A stretch of DNA of 40,925 nucleotides, taken from Candidatus Woesearchaeota archaeon (GTDB taxonomy: Archaea; Nanobdellota; Nanobdellia; Pacearchaeales; GW2011-AR1). Within the stretch, counting starts at the first letter, position 1. Each line of letters starts with the position of its first letter. A program made the translations under genes and the position numbers. Location: assembly GCA_964653605.1 (NCBI GenBank), contig CAZZGW010000001.1, positions 67,964-108,888 on the forward strand, read 5' to 3'. Positions 1-8,892 of the stretch are shown here, piece after piece. The notes beneath the pieces were generated by a model that saw nothing but the letters and a program-made list of their open reading frames with translations, made no database searches and was not told the DNA's origin.

Positions 1-72
1 TCCGCTAGTGAAAAAGGAATCGAACGAAAGCAAGAAGTTCAAGTTAGTAAGGAACAAAAGACTTTGTTTTAG

Positions 73-219
73 TTAATTTTTCCTAAAAAATTTTACATCC
101 GATTTTGGAGCGTCTCTTATTTTTATGAATTTGTAATGTGCAGATTTAGTTTCTATTTCTTTTTGGTCTTTTATTGTATAAACCTTTTCTTTATTTTTTA
201 AGAAAAACTTTAATTTCAT
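73..219 (-). CDS. nop10: H/ACA RNP protein Nop10 (48 aa; below the ORF-track size cutoff)
   Basis: My translation is MKLKFFLKNKEKVYTIKDQKEIETKSAHYKFIKIRDAPKSDVKFFRKN. The core KVYTIKD...SAHYKF matches the conserved Nop10 core (RVYTLKK...SAHPARFSPDDKY). Its ATG overlaps the TGA stop of aIF2-alpha (ATGA at 216-219), which is the conserved archaeal aIF2a-nop10 pairing. Confidence 0.7.
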   Translation of the reverse strand: MKLKFFLKNKEKVYTIKDQKEIETKSAHYKFIKIRDAPKSDVKFFRKN

Positions 220-914
220 TTTATTGAAATTTCCATAGAATTCTCTTTTGCAAAATATTCTAAATCTTCTAGGATGCTTTTTATTTCGTTGTCTGCTTTT
301 TTTAGATCTTCTGTTTCTTTTTTAATAGAATATTTTCCTGCGGAGATATATTTTAATTCATATCCTTTTATTTTTGAAAATAATTCTTTTATTAATTCTA
401 GTCCTTTTGGGTTTTCTGTTGTTACATTTATTTCTTTTTTTAGTATGAATTTCTTTTGTTTTTGCTGATTAACTATGTCCATTATTTTCTTTGTTGGTTC
501 TTTTCCTGCAACTTTCTCTAATTCTTTTGTATTTTCTTTTGCTTCTTGTAAGAAGTTATAAACAGAATTAATAGATTTTATTTTTTCAATAACTTCTTTT
601 GCATTTTCTTTAAGGATTGTTTTTAATATTGCTTCGTAACTTTTTTCTTGTTTTGCTTCTTCTAGCACTTCTTTTTTTTCTTTTAAAGTAACCCTTCTTA
701 ATGAGAGGTGCACGTTATCTCCGAAGGCTCTTAAAACTTTACAGACTATGCTCTTTTTTGGAACGACATAATCTCTCAAGTTACGAATTCTCCCTGGAGC
801 GATTTCACTTAGAATTATTGTTCCTTCTTTTTTATTTGGGAGGGTTACGAATACTGTTGTTCCCATTATTCTATCTACTGTGCACAAAATTGTGTCTCCT
901 TGTTCATATTCCAT
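216..914 (-). CDS. eif2a: translation initiation factor aIF2 alpha subunit
   Basis: There is an N-terminal S1/OB domain (GDTILCTVDRIMGTTVFVTL...GTIILSEIAPGRIRNLRDYV). It is followed by a helical domain and a C-terminal alpha-beta domain (LKYISAGKYSIKKETEDLKKAD, resembling the YLGAPRYRI region). nop10 lies immediately downstream. Confidence 0.75.
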   Translation of the reverse strand: MEYEQGDTILCTVDRIMGTTVFVTLPNKKEGTIILSEIAPGRIRNLRDYVVPKKSIVCKVLRAFGDNVHLSLRRVTLKEKKEVLEEAKQEKSYEAILKTILKENAKEVIEKIKSINSVYNFLQEAKENTKELEKVAGKEPTKKIMDIVNQQKQKKFILKKEINVTTENPKGLELIKELFSKIKGYELKYISAGKYSIKKETEDLKKADNEIKSILEDLEYFAKENSMEISIK

Positions 915-958
915 AAAAGATTTAGAAACAAGGGCATTTTAAAGGTTGTTGTTGGTAG

Positions 959-2299
959 TTATATCTTGATCATTTCAACTTCTAGTAGTTTTTTCAGATT
1001 GTCTATAAATTCTTTTTCTTGGGTTTGTTTTATTATACATCCTGCTGCAAATTCATGTCCTCCAACTTCTCCCCCGATTCCTTTTACAACTTCACTTAAA
1101 ACTTTTCTCAAGTTCCTTCCCGTTCTTCCTACACTTCTTGCAGAAACCTTTAGCTTATCCTCGTAATATGCCATGCCCACAATCATTGTCCCTTCTTCAT
1201 AAACTGTTGAATTTGAGAGAATGCTTGCGATGGTTCCAATCATTGTATCTTTTATCTCGTTCTTAGCATTTATTATAACAAAATTTTTTCCAGTTATTTT
1301 TTTTGCTCCTTCTGCGTATCTTATTCCTTGTATTAAATTTTGTCTGTATTTGACGTGTATTTGTTCTGCTTTCTTCTTTGCGGAGGGGATTTCTAGGCAT
1401 AATTGAAGCGCGGTTTCTGGTTCTCCGTATTTTGAACATGCGTTTATCTTAGCACTTATTTCTCTTGCATCTTCTAATTTGTTAAAAAGCTTTACTAGAA
1501 AAACATCCCCCACTATTTCAGAGTTTTTTGTTTTTGGATTTCTTAGAATTATAGCAGTCGTTAGCTTTTCCATTTCTTCGCGGGATAATTCTAGGAGGCT
1601 TTTGTATTTTCCTGTCTCGGGGGTTAAACCAACTTCTCTTAATAATTCTAAGACTCCTTTAATGTCTCCAGTAACTCCAGGGATGTATGGGTTCGAGCAA
1701 TACTCTAAAGTCCTGTTTAATGGCCTTGTAGAAGGAAAAATTAAGAGCCCTCTTTTTCTTTGGATTTCTCCATCTTCTAGGATCCCATTGTTTAGGTGTT
1801 CTATTTCTTTTTCAAGGCAATCTCCAACCATTCCTAGGATTGCTAGCTTTGCAAGATCTTTATTTTTCTCATTTATTTCTTTACAAATCAAATAAACTAA
1901 CCCCGAGGCACTTATTTTTTGTTTGTTGCTTAATTGAGGATTTATTATTGTAACGTTCTCTGGAATTTCTTTTGAGGATAATTCGTGATGGTCTATTATG
2001 AAAACATCTTTTAATCCAGAATCTTTTATGTGTTCTAAACTTCCTGATGCCAAGTCTAGAAATAAAATTAGTTTATTTCTTGGAAGATCTTTTATGAATT
2101 GTTCTTCAAGACTTTTTTTAATTTTTAATGTGAAGATTTTGTCTAGTCTCTTTAGAGTCTGAATCATAATTGCCGCAGAAGAGATTCCATCAGTGTCAAA
2201 ATGACTAACAACATAAATTTCTTTTTCTTTAGATTTGTCTAATAATTTTTTTACGAATGGTTTGATTTCATTTTCTAAAAATTTATTTATAATTTCCAT
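959..2299 (-). CDS. DHH/DHHA1 phosphoesterase, archaeal RecJ/GAN (Cdc45-like) family
   Basis: DHH motifs are present: VVSHFDTDGISSAAIM, LDLASG and FIIDHHE. The DHHA1 motif GGEVGGHEFAAGC is also present. The 446-aa size is typical of archaeal RecJ homologues. Confidence 0.75.
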   Translation of the reverse strand: MEIINKFLENEIKPFVKKLLDKSKEKEIYVVSHFDTDGISSAAIMIQTLKRLDKIFTLKIKKSLEEQFIKDLPRNKLILFLDLASGSLEHIKDSGLKDVFIIDHHELSSKEIPENVTIINPQLSNKQKISASGLVYLICKEINEKNKDLAKLAILGMVGDCLEKEIEHLNNGILEDGEIQRKRGLLIFPSTRPLNRTLEYCSNPYIPGVTGDIKGVLELLREVGLTPETGKYKSLLELSREEMEKLTTAIILRNPKTKNSEIVGDVFLVKLFNKLEDAREISAKINACSKYGEPETALQLCLEIPSAKKKAEQIHVKYRQNLIQGIRYAEGAKKITGKNFVIINAKNEIKDTMIGTIASILSNSTVYEEGTMIVGMAYYEDKLKVSARSVGRTGRNLRKVLSEVVKGIGGEVGGHEFAAGCIIKQTQEKEFIDNLKKLLEVEMIKI

Positions 2300-2333
2300 A
2301 TATCCTCTTTTAAAATTTATTTTAAATTTTAAA

Positions 2334-2729
2334 TTATTTTAAAGGCATCTTAAGATACTTCTTAATTTTTCTTCTTTGAGAGAAGATACGACTCTTTTCT
2401 CTTATCGCTCTTTTGTCTTGCTTATTTTTCTTAAGATGAACTTCAATTCTTTCTAGCTTTCCTTCAACGTTTTTCAATTCTGGATCAATGTATTTACCAT
2501 TGTCCTTTAATATTTTAGAGATTTTTTTATCAAAATCATTAGGGTGTATTCCTTCGAGCCTTAATTTTTCTCCTATTTTTTCAGCAGTCAATCCGCTTTC
2601 AGCTAAATCTAAAACTTTTTTTTCAAAATCTTTTTGAGATACTTTTTTAGTTTTCTTCTCCTTAGCTTCGTCTATTTTTGTAGCTTTTTCTTCTTTTTTA
2701 GTTGTTTTTTCTTCTGATTTTTTTGGCAT
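2334..2729 (-). CDS. rps15: 30S ribosomal protein uS15 (S13e type)
   Basis: The C-terminal signature HLKKNKQDKRAIREKSRIFSQRRKIKKYLK resembles the uS15 HL..N.KD..S.RGL....S.RRRLL.YL motif. The N-terminus is Lys-rich and the size is about 130 aa. Confidence 0.7.
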   Translation of the reverse strand: MPKKSEEKTTKKEEKATKIDEAKEKKTKKVSQKDFEKKVLDLAESGLTAEKIGEKLRLEGIHPNDFDKKISKILKDNGKYIDPELKNVEGKLERIEVHLKKNKQDKRAIREKSRIFSQRRKIKKYLKMPLK

Positions 2730-2793
2730 TTTATTAGATTGTAAAGTTCGTTTTTAAAGCTTATTGTTGTAGAAAAATCTATTGTGAAAAGTA

Positions 2794-2801
2794 TTTAAAT
2801 G
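2794..2801 (+). promoter_or_regulatory. TATA box (TTTAAATG) for the MinD-like gene; leaderless geometry
   Basis: This is a near-consensus archaeal TATA (TTTAWATA) ending 20 nt upstream of the ATG at 2821. No Shine-Dalgarno sequence lies in between. Confidence 0.45.
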
Positions 2802-2820
2802 GTATTGTTTTTTATTTGAT

Positions 2821-3615
2821 ATGGCAAAGACAATAGGGGTGATTTCCTTAAAGGGGGGTGTTGGTAAGACATCTGTTGTATGTTCTTTAGGGTATGCCTT
2901 TTCAAGTTTAGGGAAGAAAGTTCTTTTGATAGACGGGAATTTATCTGCGCCTAATTTAGGAATGCATTTGGATTTATTTGATCCAGAGAAGACTTTACAT
3001 AGTATTCTAAGAAGAAAGGCAAATCCTTCTGATGCAGTTTACGGTTTAGAAGATTTTGACGTTCTTCCTGCAGATATTTTTGACGAGGCTAAGATTCAGC
3101 CACTTATGCTTAAGAAAAGAATAAACCATCTTAAGAGAAGTTATGATGTTATCTTGATAGACTCTAGTCCTAGATTAGATGATGAGACTCTCGCAGTAAT
3201 GTTAGCCTCCGATGAGTTGATTGTTGTTACAACTCCTGATTTGCCTACTTTAGGAACCACTATGAAAGCGGTTAAACTTGCTAGAAAAAGGGGAGCAAAC
3301 ATCTCTGGTTTGGTTTTGAATAAGGTCTATAAAAAGAATTTTGAAGTTTCTTTAGAGGACATAGAGGAGACCCTAGATTTGCCTGTTTTAGCGGTTATTC
3401 CGCATGATGTAGCTATTTTGAAGGCTTTATCGGAGTTCCAACCAAGTACCAAGCAAAACCCCAAATCAAAGGCTTCTGGAGAATATATGAAGTTAGCTGC
3501 TACGCTTGTTGGAGAAAAGTACAATGAGACTAGATTTAAGAGATTAACTGGGCGGATTAATCCAGGGAAGCAAGAAGTTAATAGGGTTATATTTTATAAT
3601 AGTTTATTTGAATAG
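2821..3615 (+). CDS. MinD/ParA-family P-loop ATPase
   Basis: It has the deviant Walker A SLKGGVGKTS, the Walker B-like VILIDSSP, and the typical MinD/ParA layout and size (264 aa). Confidence 0.8.
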   Translation: MAKTIGVISLKGGVGKTSVVCSLGYAFSSLGKKVLLIDGNLSAPNLGMHLDLFDPEKTLHSILRRKANPSDAVYGLEDFDVLPADIFDEAKIQPLMLKKRINHLKRSYDVILIDSSPRLDDETLAVMLASDELIVVTTPDLPTLGTTMKAVKLARKRGANISGLVLNKVYKKNFEVSLEDIEETLDLPVLAVIPHDVAILKALSEFQPSTKQNPKSKASGEYMKLAATLVGEKYNETRFKRLTGRINPGKQEVNRVIFYNSLFE

Positions 3616-3638
3616 AATTTTAAAAAAATGAAATAAAA

Positions 3639-3651
3639 GGGGATTTTCCCC
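3639..3651. terminator. short GC hairpin GGGG-ATTTT-CCCC in A/T-rich context between convergent genes
   Basis: The inverted repeat is visible in the sequence. It sits in the 50-nt gap between the MinD-like gene (+) and the 74-aa ORF (-) and is flanked by A and T runs. Confidence 0.3.
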
Positions 3652-3665
3652 ATTTATTAAATAAA

Positions 3666-3890
3666 TTAATTAAGATTTTGGGCTTTGACCCATGCGATTT
3701 CTTTACTCATCCCATGGGGGAATAATACTAAGGCCTTTTCGCCGTGGTCTTCCAAGACGTCCACCTCGATTTGTTTTTCAGATATTGCAAGAATACCTGT
3801 TATCTCTTTCCCTCCTAGGTCGAGTACAGAAACCCTATACTTTCCAAAATTTCTTGGAAAGGTTTGACAATAGAGTTTTGCCTTTTCCAT
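3666..3890 (-). CDS. hypothetical small protein (74 aa)
   Basis: This is the only sizeable non-low-complexity ORF in the gap. I recognise no family. Confidence 0.4.
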   Translation of the reverse strand: MEKAKLYCQTFPRNFGKYRVSVLDLGGKEITGILAISEKQIEVDVLEDHGEKALVLFPHGMSKEIAWVKAQNLN

Positions 3891-4042
3891 GGTATGTCAT
3901 GATTGGTTTTATTTATAATAACTTTCGAGTATTTCTTAATGATGAAGGGGTGTTTAATTTTAAAGTGAGGTAGGACTGTTTCTAAATGAAAAGGACAGTA
4001 GCAAAACTCTTATAAACAGGTTAAATTTCTATTTTTTATTGG

Positions 4043-4115
4043 AGCCCCATAGTCTAGTGGTCAAGGATACGGCCCTTTGAAGGCCGTGACCCCGGTTCGA
4101 ATCCGGGTGGGGCTA
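4043..4115 (+). tRNA. tRNA-Gln(UUG): tRNA-Gln (anticodon UUG)
   Basis: Hand-folded cloverleaf. Acceptor AGCCCCA/TGGGGCT has the A1-U72 pair typical of archaeal tRNA-Gln. Anticodon stem is CGGCC/GGCCG with loop CTTTGAA. T arm is CCCGG-TTCGAAT-CCGGG. Discriminator is A and no CCA is encoded. Confidence 0.9.
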
Positions 4116-4141
4116 TTATATATTTTCTTTTAGATAAATGC

Positions 4142-4149
4142 TTAAATAT
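4142..4149 (+). promoter_or_regulatory. TATA box (TTAAATAT), leaderless geometry for the 4171 ORF
   Basis: A TATA-like octamer ends 22 nt upstream of the ATG at 4171. Confidence 0.4.
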
Positions 4150-4170
4150 TAATCAAGGGTTTATTTTTTT

Positions 4171-4581
4171 ATGAAAGATTTGATTATTTGGAAAAATGAA
4201 TCTTGGGAAGACCTTATTGTTAAAGGGTCTTGTAAAAAAATTTCTAAGAGGGATTTGACTAAAAGGGTGGAACTTTCAAGTTATTTTTCTGGGTTAAGAG
4301 AACCTTTAGATTTCAATAAATTAGTTTCATTAGGAGATAATAAATATTCTGATTTTAAAGTTCCTGTGGCTCTTTTAAATTCTTTATCAGAATACCATAA
4401 TAAAATACCAGAAGAAATTGATTTTGTGGATTTGGCTCAGATGTATTTTTCTATAAAAGATGTTTTGGACGTTTTAGATCATAGAGGATTAGAAAAATGG
4501 AAAGAAGCAAACAAACTTTCTTTTTTTGGGTCTGCCCAATATGAATTAATGGATAAATATTTTAAAAGTGAATGTTTTTAA
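4171..4581 (+). CDS. hypothetical protein (136 aa)
   Basis: The ORF has a TATA box at the right distance and non-repetitive composition. I recognise no family. Confidence 0.5.
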   Translation: MKDLIIWKNESWEDLIVKGSCKKISKRDLTKRVELSSYFSGLREPLDFNKLVSLGDNKYSDFKVPVALLNSLSEYHNKIPEEIDFVDLAQMYFSIKDVLDVLDHRGLEKWKEANKLSFFGSAQYELMDKYFKSECF

Positions 4582-5207
4582 TTTTTATATCTTCCACGTT
4601 TTTCTATGGTTCTTATTCTTTCAAAGATTAATTTTGCTTGAGGGTAGGTTAATGTTTTTTCATATTGTTTGAAAACCTGGTCTTGGAGTGTTTTGTAGTT
4701 TTGAAAATGCTTTGCTTCTAGTGCTTGTTTTAGCAAATGAAGGTCTACCGCCTTATCTTCTACTTTCTTTGAGATGAATCCCAATCCAAAATCAATGAAG
4801 AAAACTTTTTCTTCTGAGAGAATCATGTTGCTTGTTGTTAAATCCCCATGTATGATGTCTTCTTTATGTAATAGGGCAATTGATTTTCCTATTTTTCTGC
4901 ATACTTCTTTTTGTTTTTCTAAAGCAAATTGGTTTAATTCTTCTGAAAGTTTATTTCCTTTAATATATGGCATTTTTATTTTATCAAAATCTTTTGAATG
5001 GAGTTTTTCTGGAGAAGGGGAAGAAATCACTTTTGATGCTTTTTTAAGAAGTTTTGTTTCTGCCCTGGTTCTTATTTTTCTTATTCTTAGATCTAGTTCT
5101 GGAAGTCTATATGATTTTGGAATTCTATCTTTTGTAATTGTATTTTCATTTAGAATTATCTTTGCTTCTGCTCCTTGTGCAATTAGTTTTTGATTTTGCA
5201 TTTTCAT
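4578..5207 (-). CDS. bud32: KEOPS complex kinase/ATPase Bud32 (RIO-like small kinase)
   Basis: The start LIAQGAEAKI matches the Gly-rich loop equivalent GAEA. The catalytic loop HGDLTTSNMI and the metal-binding FIDFGLG are present. The 209-aa size fits. Confidence 0.8.
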   Translation of the reverse strand: MKMQNQKLIAQGAEAKIILNENTITKDRIPKSYRLPELDLRIRKIRTRAETKLLKKASKVISSPSPEKLHSKDFDKIKMPYIKGNKLSEELNQFALEKQKEVCRKIGKSIALLHKEDIIHGDLTTSNMILSEEKVFFIDFGLGFISKKVEDKAVDLHLLKQALEAKHFQNYKTLQDQVFKQYEKTLTYPQAKLIFERIRTIEKRGRYKN

Positions 5208-5485
5208 ATTTTAATCTCTAGTCTTTTTTTAAGAATCTTTGCTAATTTTGGATTCCATATATATCCTAAAGTATCATTTCTATCCATTGCAATTTTGTTT
5301 ATTTCCATGAGATAATCTATAATTAATAGGTAGGTTTGCCACATTACTTTTTTTGGTAATTTTTTCCATATTTGTGTTTTATTAAATTTACCAGAATATT
5401 TATTTATTGTTTCTTCCACCATGCTTACTGTTTCTAAAGTAGGGCTTCTTGCAAATGATTTTTGTTTTTTTGTTAAAATGGACAT
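5204..5485 (-). CDS. hypothetical small protein (93 aa), co-transcribed with bud32
   Basis: It overlaps the bud32 start by 4 nt. It may be a winged-helix-like protein, but I recognise no family. Confidence 0.45.
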   Translation of the reverse strand: MSILTKKQKSFARSPTLETVSMVEETINKYSGKFNKTQIWKKLPKKVMWQTYLLIIDYLMEINKIAMDRNDTLGYIWNPKLAKILKKRLEIKI

Positions 5486-5540
5486 ATTAATTTATATATC
5501 ATTTGATATATAAACTTTTTGTTTTAGAAATCTTTTGATT

Positions 5541-5960
5541 TTAATCTTTCCAGATAAACATGATTGCGAGTGTTAATAATGTTCCTACATCCACTATAAA
5601 ACAATATTGACATATAGCATTTATTACAAAAAATTGTAGGTATAGGAAATATAATGCAATTGCTGCTCCGGCGATTATACCATAGGTTAGGAATTTCTTT
5701 GTTCTTTTTTTAGGAAAGTTTAGATAGGTTAGTGATAAGACTCCTAGAATTGAGAAGGCAATTAAACCAAAATAACTATTGTTTACCCCAAGTGTTTCTT
5801 TGTATCCTGATTGTTGGACTGCGTAGCATGAAGTTTCTATTCCTCCGCATGCTTGTTCCGGAGTCATAAAGGATAAAATCCCAGAAGCAATAAAACAAAT
5901 TCCGAAGATTACTGCCAGTAATCTGTATTTTCTTTTTGTCAACTTCTTTAAATGTTTCAT
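5541..5960 (-). CDS. VKOR-family (vitamin K epoxide reductase-like) membrane thiol-disulfide oxidoreductase
   Basis: A four-TM layout carries a loop cysteine pair C-x6-C (CGGIETSC) followed by VQQSGY...NSYFG. A CxxC motif (CQYC) sits at the start of the last TM. This is the diagnostic VKOR arrangement. Confidence 0.65.
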   Translation of the reverse strand: MKHLKKLTKRKYRLLAVIFGICFIASGILSFMTPEQACGGIETSCYAVQQSGYKETLGVNNSYFGLIAFSILGVLSLTYLNFPKKRTKKFLTYGIIAGAAIALYFLYLQFFVINAICQYCFIVDVGTLLTLAIMFIWKD

Positions 5961-6013
5961 TTTGTATTAATATTTTTAGAATTTTTAGTATAAAAGCGTT
6001 GAGGTGTAATTGG

Positions 6014-7387
6014 TTACATTCTCCTAACTTTCTTTCCGCCAAACTTTTTCATCATTTTTTGCATTTGTTTTTGTGACATACCTTTGCTCATATCCATATC
6101 TTCCATTCCCCCAGAAGTCATTTCTTGGAGCATTTTATATTGCTTTAATAATCCTCTAACGTCTGAGTTGTTTACCCCAGATCCTTTAGCCACACGCCCT
6201 ATCCTTGAGGTTTGCTTTTCAAAAATTTCTGGATTTTCTCTTTCTTCTTTTGTCATAGATTTAATTATGTGTTCCCACTTCTTTATTTTCTCTTCTTGTG
6301 TTCCAAGCATGCCTTCAGGGATTTTTGCCTTGCTCATTCCTGGAATTAGTCCCTTTAATTTGTCAAAGCCACCCATTTGATTCATGGATTTAACTTGTTC
6401 TATAACGTCTTCCAAAGTTAGTTTTCCTTCTTCAATACGTTTTTGCATTTCTTCTTGCTCATCTTCGTTGGTAACTGATTTTATTTTATCAATTAATGTT
6501 TGTAGATCTCCCATACCAAGAAGCCGGGATAGGAAAGATTCTGGGTTGAATTCTTCAATATCATTCATTTTTTCTCCGGTTGTAATATAGTATACTCCAG
6601 CGTTAATTTCAGAGCAAGCAGTCAGGGCTCCTCCTGCTTTTGCAGTTGAATCCATTCTTGTAACAATTACTCCAGAAATATTTAATGCATCTTTAAATTC
6701 TTGAGCTTGTTTCTTTGCTGCTTGGCCAATATCCGCAGGCATTACCAAAATTGTTTGTGTTGGTTTTATTTCTTTATTTAATTCTTTTATTTCTTTTACA
6801 AGTTCTTTATCAAGTGTATGACGTCCTGCCGTGTCTATTAGGACAAGATCGTATTTTGAGAGGTCTTTTTTAAATTTTTTATAGGTTTTAACCGCATCAT
6901 TTTCTTCATGATTTACAAAAACATTGAGATTATTTTTTTTACCTAACTGTTCTAATTGTTCTTTTGCTGCAGGTCTGTGGACATCTAGTCCAAGAAGGGC
7001 AACTTTTTTTCCTCTTTTCCCAAACCAATTACCTAATTTTGCGATTGTTGTTGTTTTTCCTGCTCCATAAAGTCCTAAGAGCATGATTCTTTCTTGTTTT
7101 TTTGAATTTAATTCTAATTGTTTGTGTTTTCCAAGAATTTTTACTAGTTCATCATGTAAAAGTTTGATTAGGTGTTCTTTTTTTTCAATTCCTTTTACCC
7201 TCTCATCCAATGCTGTTTTCTTTATTTTATCTGTAAGTTGTTTTATTAGGACAATATTTACATCTGCCTCAATTAATGCTCTTTGTAAATCCCTTACTAT
7301 TTGATCTACCAGGTTTTTATCAAGAAATATGGCATTCGCTATTTTATTTGTGGCTTTCTTTAATACATTTCCAAGCTTTTCTAGCAT
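6014..7387 (-). CDS. srp54: signal recognition particle protein SRP54
   Basis: NG domain motifs GLYGAGKTTT, DTAGR and TRMD are present. The C-terminal M domain is Met-rich (MQEMTSGGMEDMDMSKGMSQKQMQKMMKKFG). Confidence 0.95.
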   Translation of the reverse strand: MLEKLGNVLKKATNKIANAIFLDKNLVDQIVRDLQRALIEADVNIVLIKQLTDKIKKTALDERVKGIEKKEHLIKLLHDELVKILGKHKQLELNSKKQERIMLLGLYGAGKTTTIAKLGNWFGKRGKKVALLGLDVHRPAAKEQLEQLGKKNNLNVFVNHEENDAVKTYKKFKKDLSKYDLVLIDTAGRHTLDKELVKEIKELNKEIKPTQTILVMPADIGQAAKKQAQEFKDALNISGVIVTRMDSTAKAGGALTACSEINAGVYYITTGEKMNDIEEFNPESFLSRLLGMGDLQTLIDKIKSVTNEDEQEEMQKRIEEGKLTLEDVIEQVKSMNQMGGFDKLKGLIPGMSKAKIPEGMLGTQEEKIKKWEHIIKSMTKEERENPEIFEKQTSRIGRVAKGSGVNNSDVRGLLKQYKMLQEMTSGGMEDMDMSKGMSQKQMQKMMKKFGGKKVRRM

Positions 7388-7434
7388 CTTTTTAGGAGTA
7401 TATTAAGGGTTATTAAGTTTTTGGGTTTTGAGAA

Positions 7435-8796
7435 TTATTCTTCATCTAAACCTAATTTTTTAATGAATTTTTCTTTGTCAAAAGGTTCTATTTCATCGTA
7501 CTCTTGGCCAGTTCCTAAATAGAGAATTGGTTTTTTTGTAACATACCCAACACTTAAAGCAGTTCCCCCTTTTTCATCAATATCTGCTTTACTTAAGATT
7601 ATTCCATCAATTTGTATAGCCCAATCAAAACTTCTTACTTGTTCTACTATGTCATTTCCAGTTATGCTTTCTCCTACGAAGATTTTTGTATCTGGTTTTG
7701 TTACTTTTACAACTTTCTCAATTTGTGCCATGAGATTTTTTTCTGTGTGCATTCTTCCTGCAGTATCTATTAGTACCACATCTAGTTTGTTTTTTTCAGC
7801 ATATTTTATTGCATCGAATCCAACTGCTGCTGGATCAGAACCATATTCATGAGCAATTACTTTAAGGCCTAGTTTTGTTGCGTGTTTTTTTATTTGTTCA
7901 ATTGATGCAGCTCTGAAAGTATCTGCTGCAGCAAGAACAGGTTTGAGGCCACTCTTTTTCATTTGTTGGGCAATCTTTGCAATGCTTGTTGTTTTTCCCG
8001 TTCCATTTATTCCGCAGAATAAAACTACATAGGGTTTAGTTTTATCTTCACGATTTTTTATTTTATCAACTAAGCTAAAGGGTTCAATTAAGATGTCTCT
8101 TATAATGTCTTTAAAGTATTCTTGAATTTGTCCTTCTATTTCTTTTTTCAACATTTCCTTTCCAACAATTTCTTTTCTCAAATCTTTAATCATTTTTTCT
8201 GCAACTTCCAATGCAACGTTGTTTTCTATGAGAAGCATTTCTAATTCCTCTGCGTAAACATCAAAGGCTTCTTCAGAAATTTTTACCTTGTTGACTTTTG
8301 AGGTTATTTTTTGAAAGAATGATCTTTTTTCTTTTGGTTTAATATCTTCTTTTAGTTCCTCTTTTTCTTTTTCAACTTCTTTCTCTGCTCCAAGATTTTC
8401 TTCTAGTTCTTCTTTTTCATATTCATTTTCTATCTCTTCTAATTTTTCAATCTCCTTTTCAACTTCTTTCTCTGCTTCTCCTTCAAGTTTCTTGTCTTCA
8501 ATTATGTCCGAAATTGTTTTTGTTTCTTCTCTTTCAGGAAGTTTAGATTCTTTCTCTTTCTTTTTAGCTTTTTTTTCTTCTTTCTTCTTAAGTTTCTTTT
8601 CTTTGGTTTCTTCCTTCTTTTTTTCTTTTTCAGCTTTTTTGTCTGCTTTAGTCTTTTTATCTTTTGGTTCTTCTTTAGTTTCCTCTACTTTTGTTTCTTC
8701 AATTACTTTTTCTTGAACTTCTTCCTCAACTTCCTCTGCTTTTTTTGAAAGGTTTTTTGTCCAATCTTTTAACTTGTTTTTTAGCTTTCCAAACAT
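7435..8796 (-). CDS. ftsY: SRP receptor FtsY with a long Lys/Glu-rich N-terminal domain
   Basis: The C-terminal NG domain has GINGTGKTTS, DTAGR and SKADIDEKGG. The N-terminal ~170 aa is low-complexity and K/E-rich. Confidence 0.9.
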   Translation of the reverse strand: MFGKLKNKLKDWTKNLSKKAEEVEEEVQEKVIEETKVEETKEEPKDKKTKADKKAEKEKKKEETKEKKLKKKEEKKAKKKEKESKLPEREETKTISDIIEDKKLEGEAEKEVEKEIEKLEEIENEYEKEELEENLGAEKEVEKEKEELKEDIKPKEKRSFFQKITSKVNKVKISEEAFDVYAEELEMLLIENNVALEVAEKMIKDLRKEIVGKEMLKKEIEGQIQEYFKDIIRDILIEPFSLVDKIKNREDKTKPYVVLFCGINGTGKTTSIAKIAQQMKKSGLKPVLAAADTFRAASIEQIKKHATKLGLKVIAHEYGSDPAAVGFDAIKYAEKNKLDVVLIDTAGRMHTEKNLMAQIEKVVKVTKPDTKIFVGESITGNDIVEQVRSFDWAIQIDGIILSKADIDEKGGTALSVGYVTKKPILYLGTGQEYDEIEPFDKEKFIKKLGLDEE

Positions 8797-8861
8797 ATTT
8801 TTAGGAGAAATCTACTGTTTATAATATTAACCCTGTTACTACTTTTGGGATATCTAAATTC

Positions 8862-8869
8862 TTATAAAT
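8862..8869 (+). promoter_or_regulatory. TATA box (TTATAAAT), leaderless geometry for apgM
   Basis: A TATA-like octamer ends 24 nt upstream of the ATG at 8893. Confidence 0.4.
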
Positions 8870-8892
8870 GGAATATTCGTTGAGATTTTACA

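Noticed and set aside
1-72. A plus-strand frame is open from the window edge to TAG at 70-72 (…SASEKGIERKQEVQVSKEQKTLF). It could be the 3' end of a gene convergent with nop10.
   Set aside because: Only 23 codons are visible and there is no recognisable motif. It cannot be supported from this window.
5776-6042. An 88-aa minus-strand ORF spans the VKOR 5' region and the SRP54 3' end.
   Set aside because: It overlaps two well-supported genes out of frame and has no family resemblance.
7900-8796. The Lys/Glu-rich low-complexity region was considered as a separate gene or repeat element.
   Set aside because: It is continuous in frame with the FtsY NG domain. Acidic or basic N-terminal A domains are normal for FtsY.
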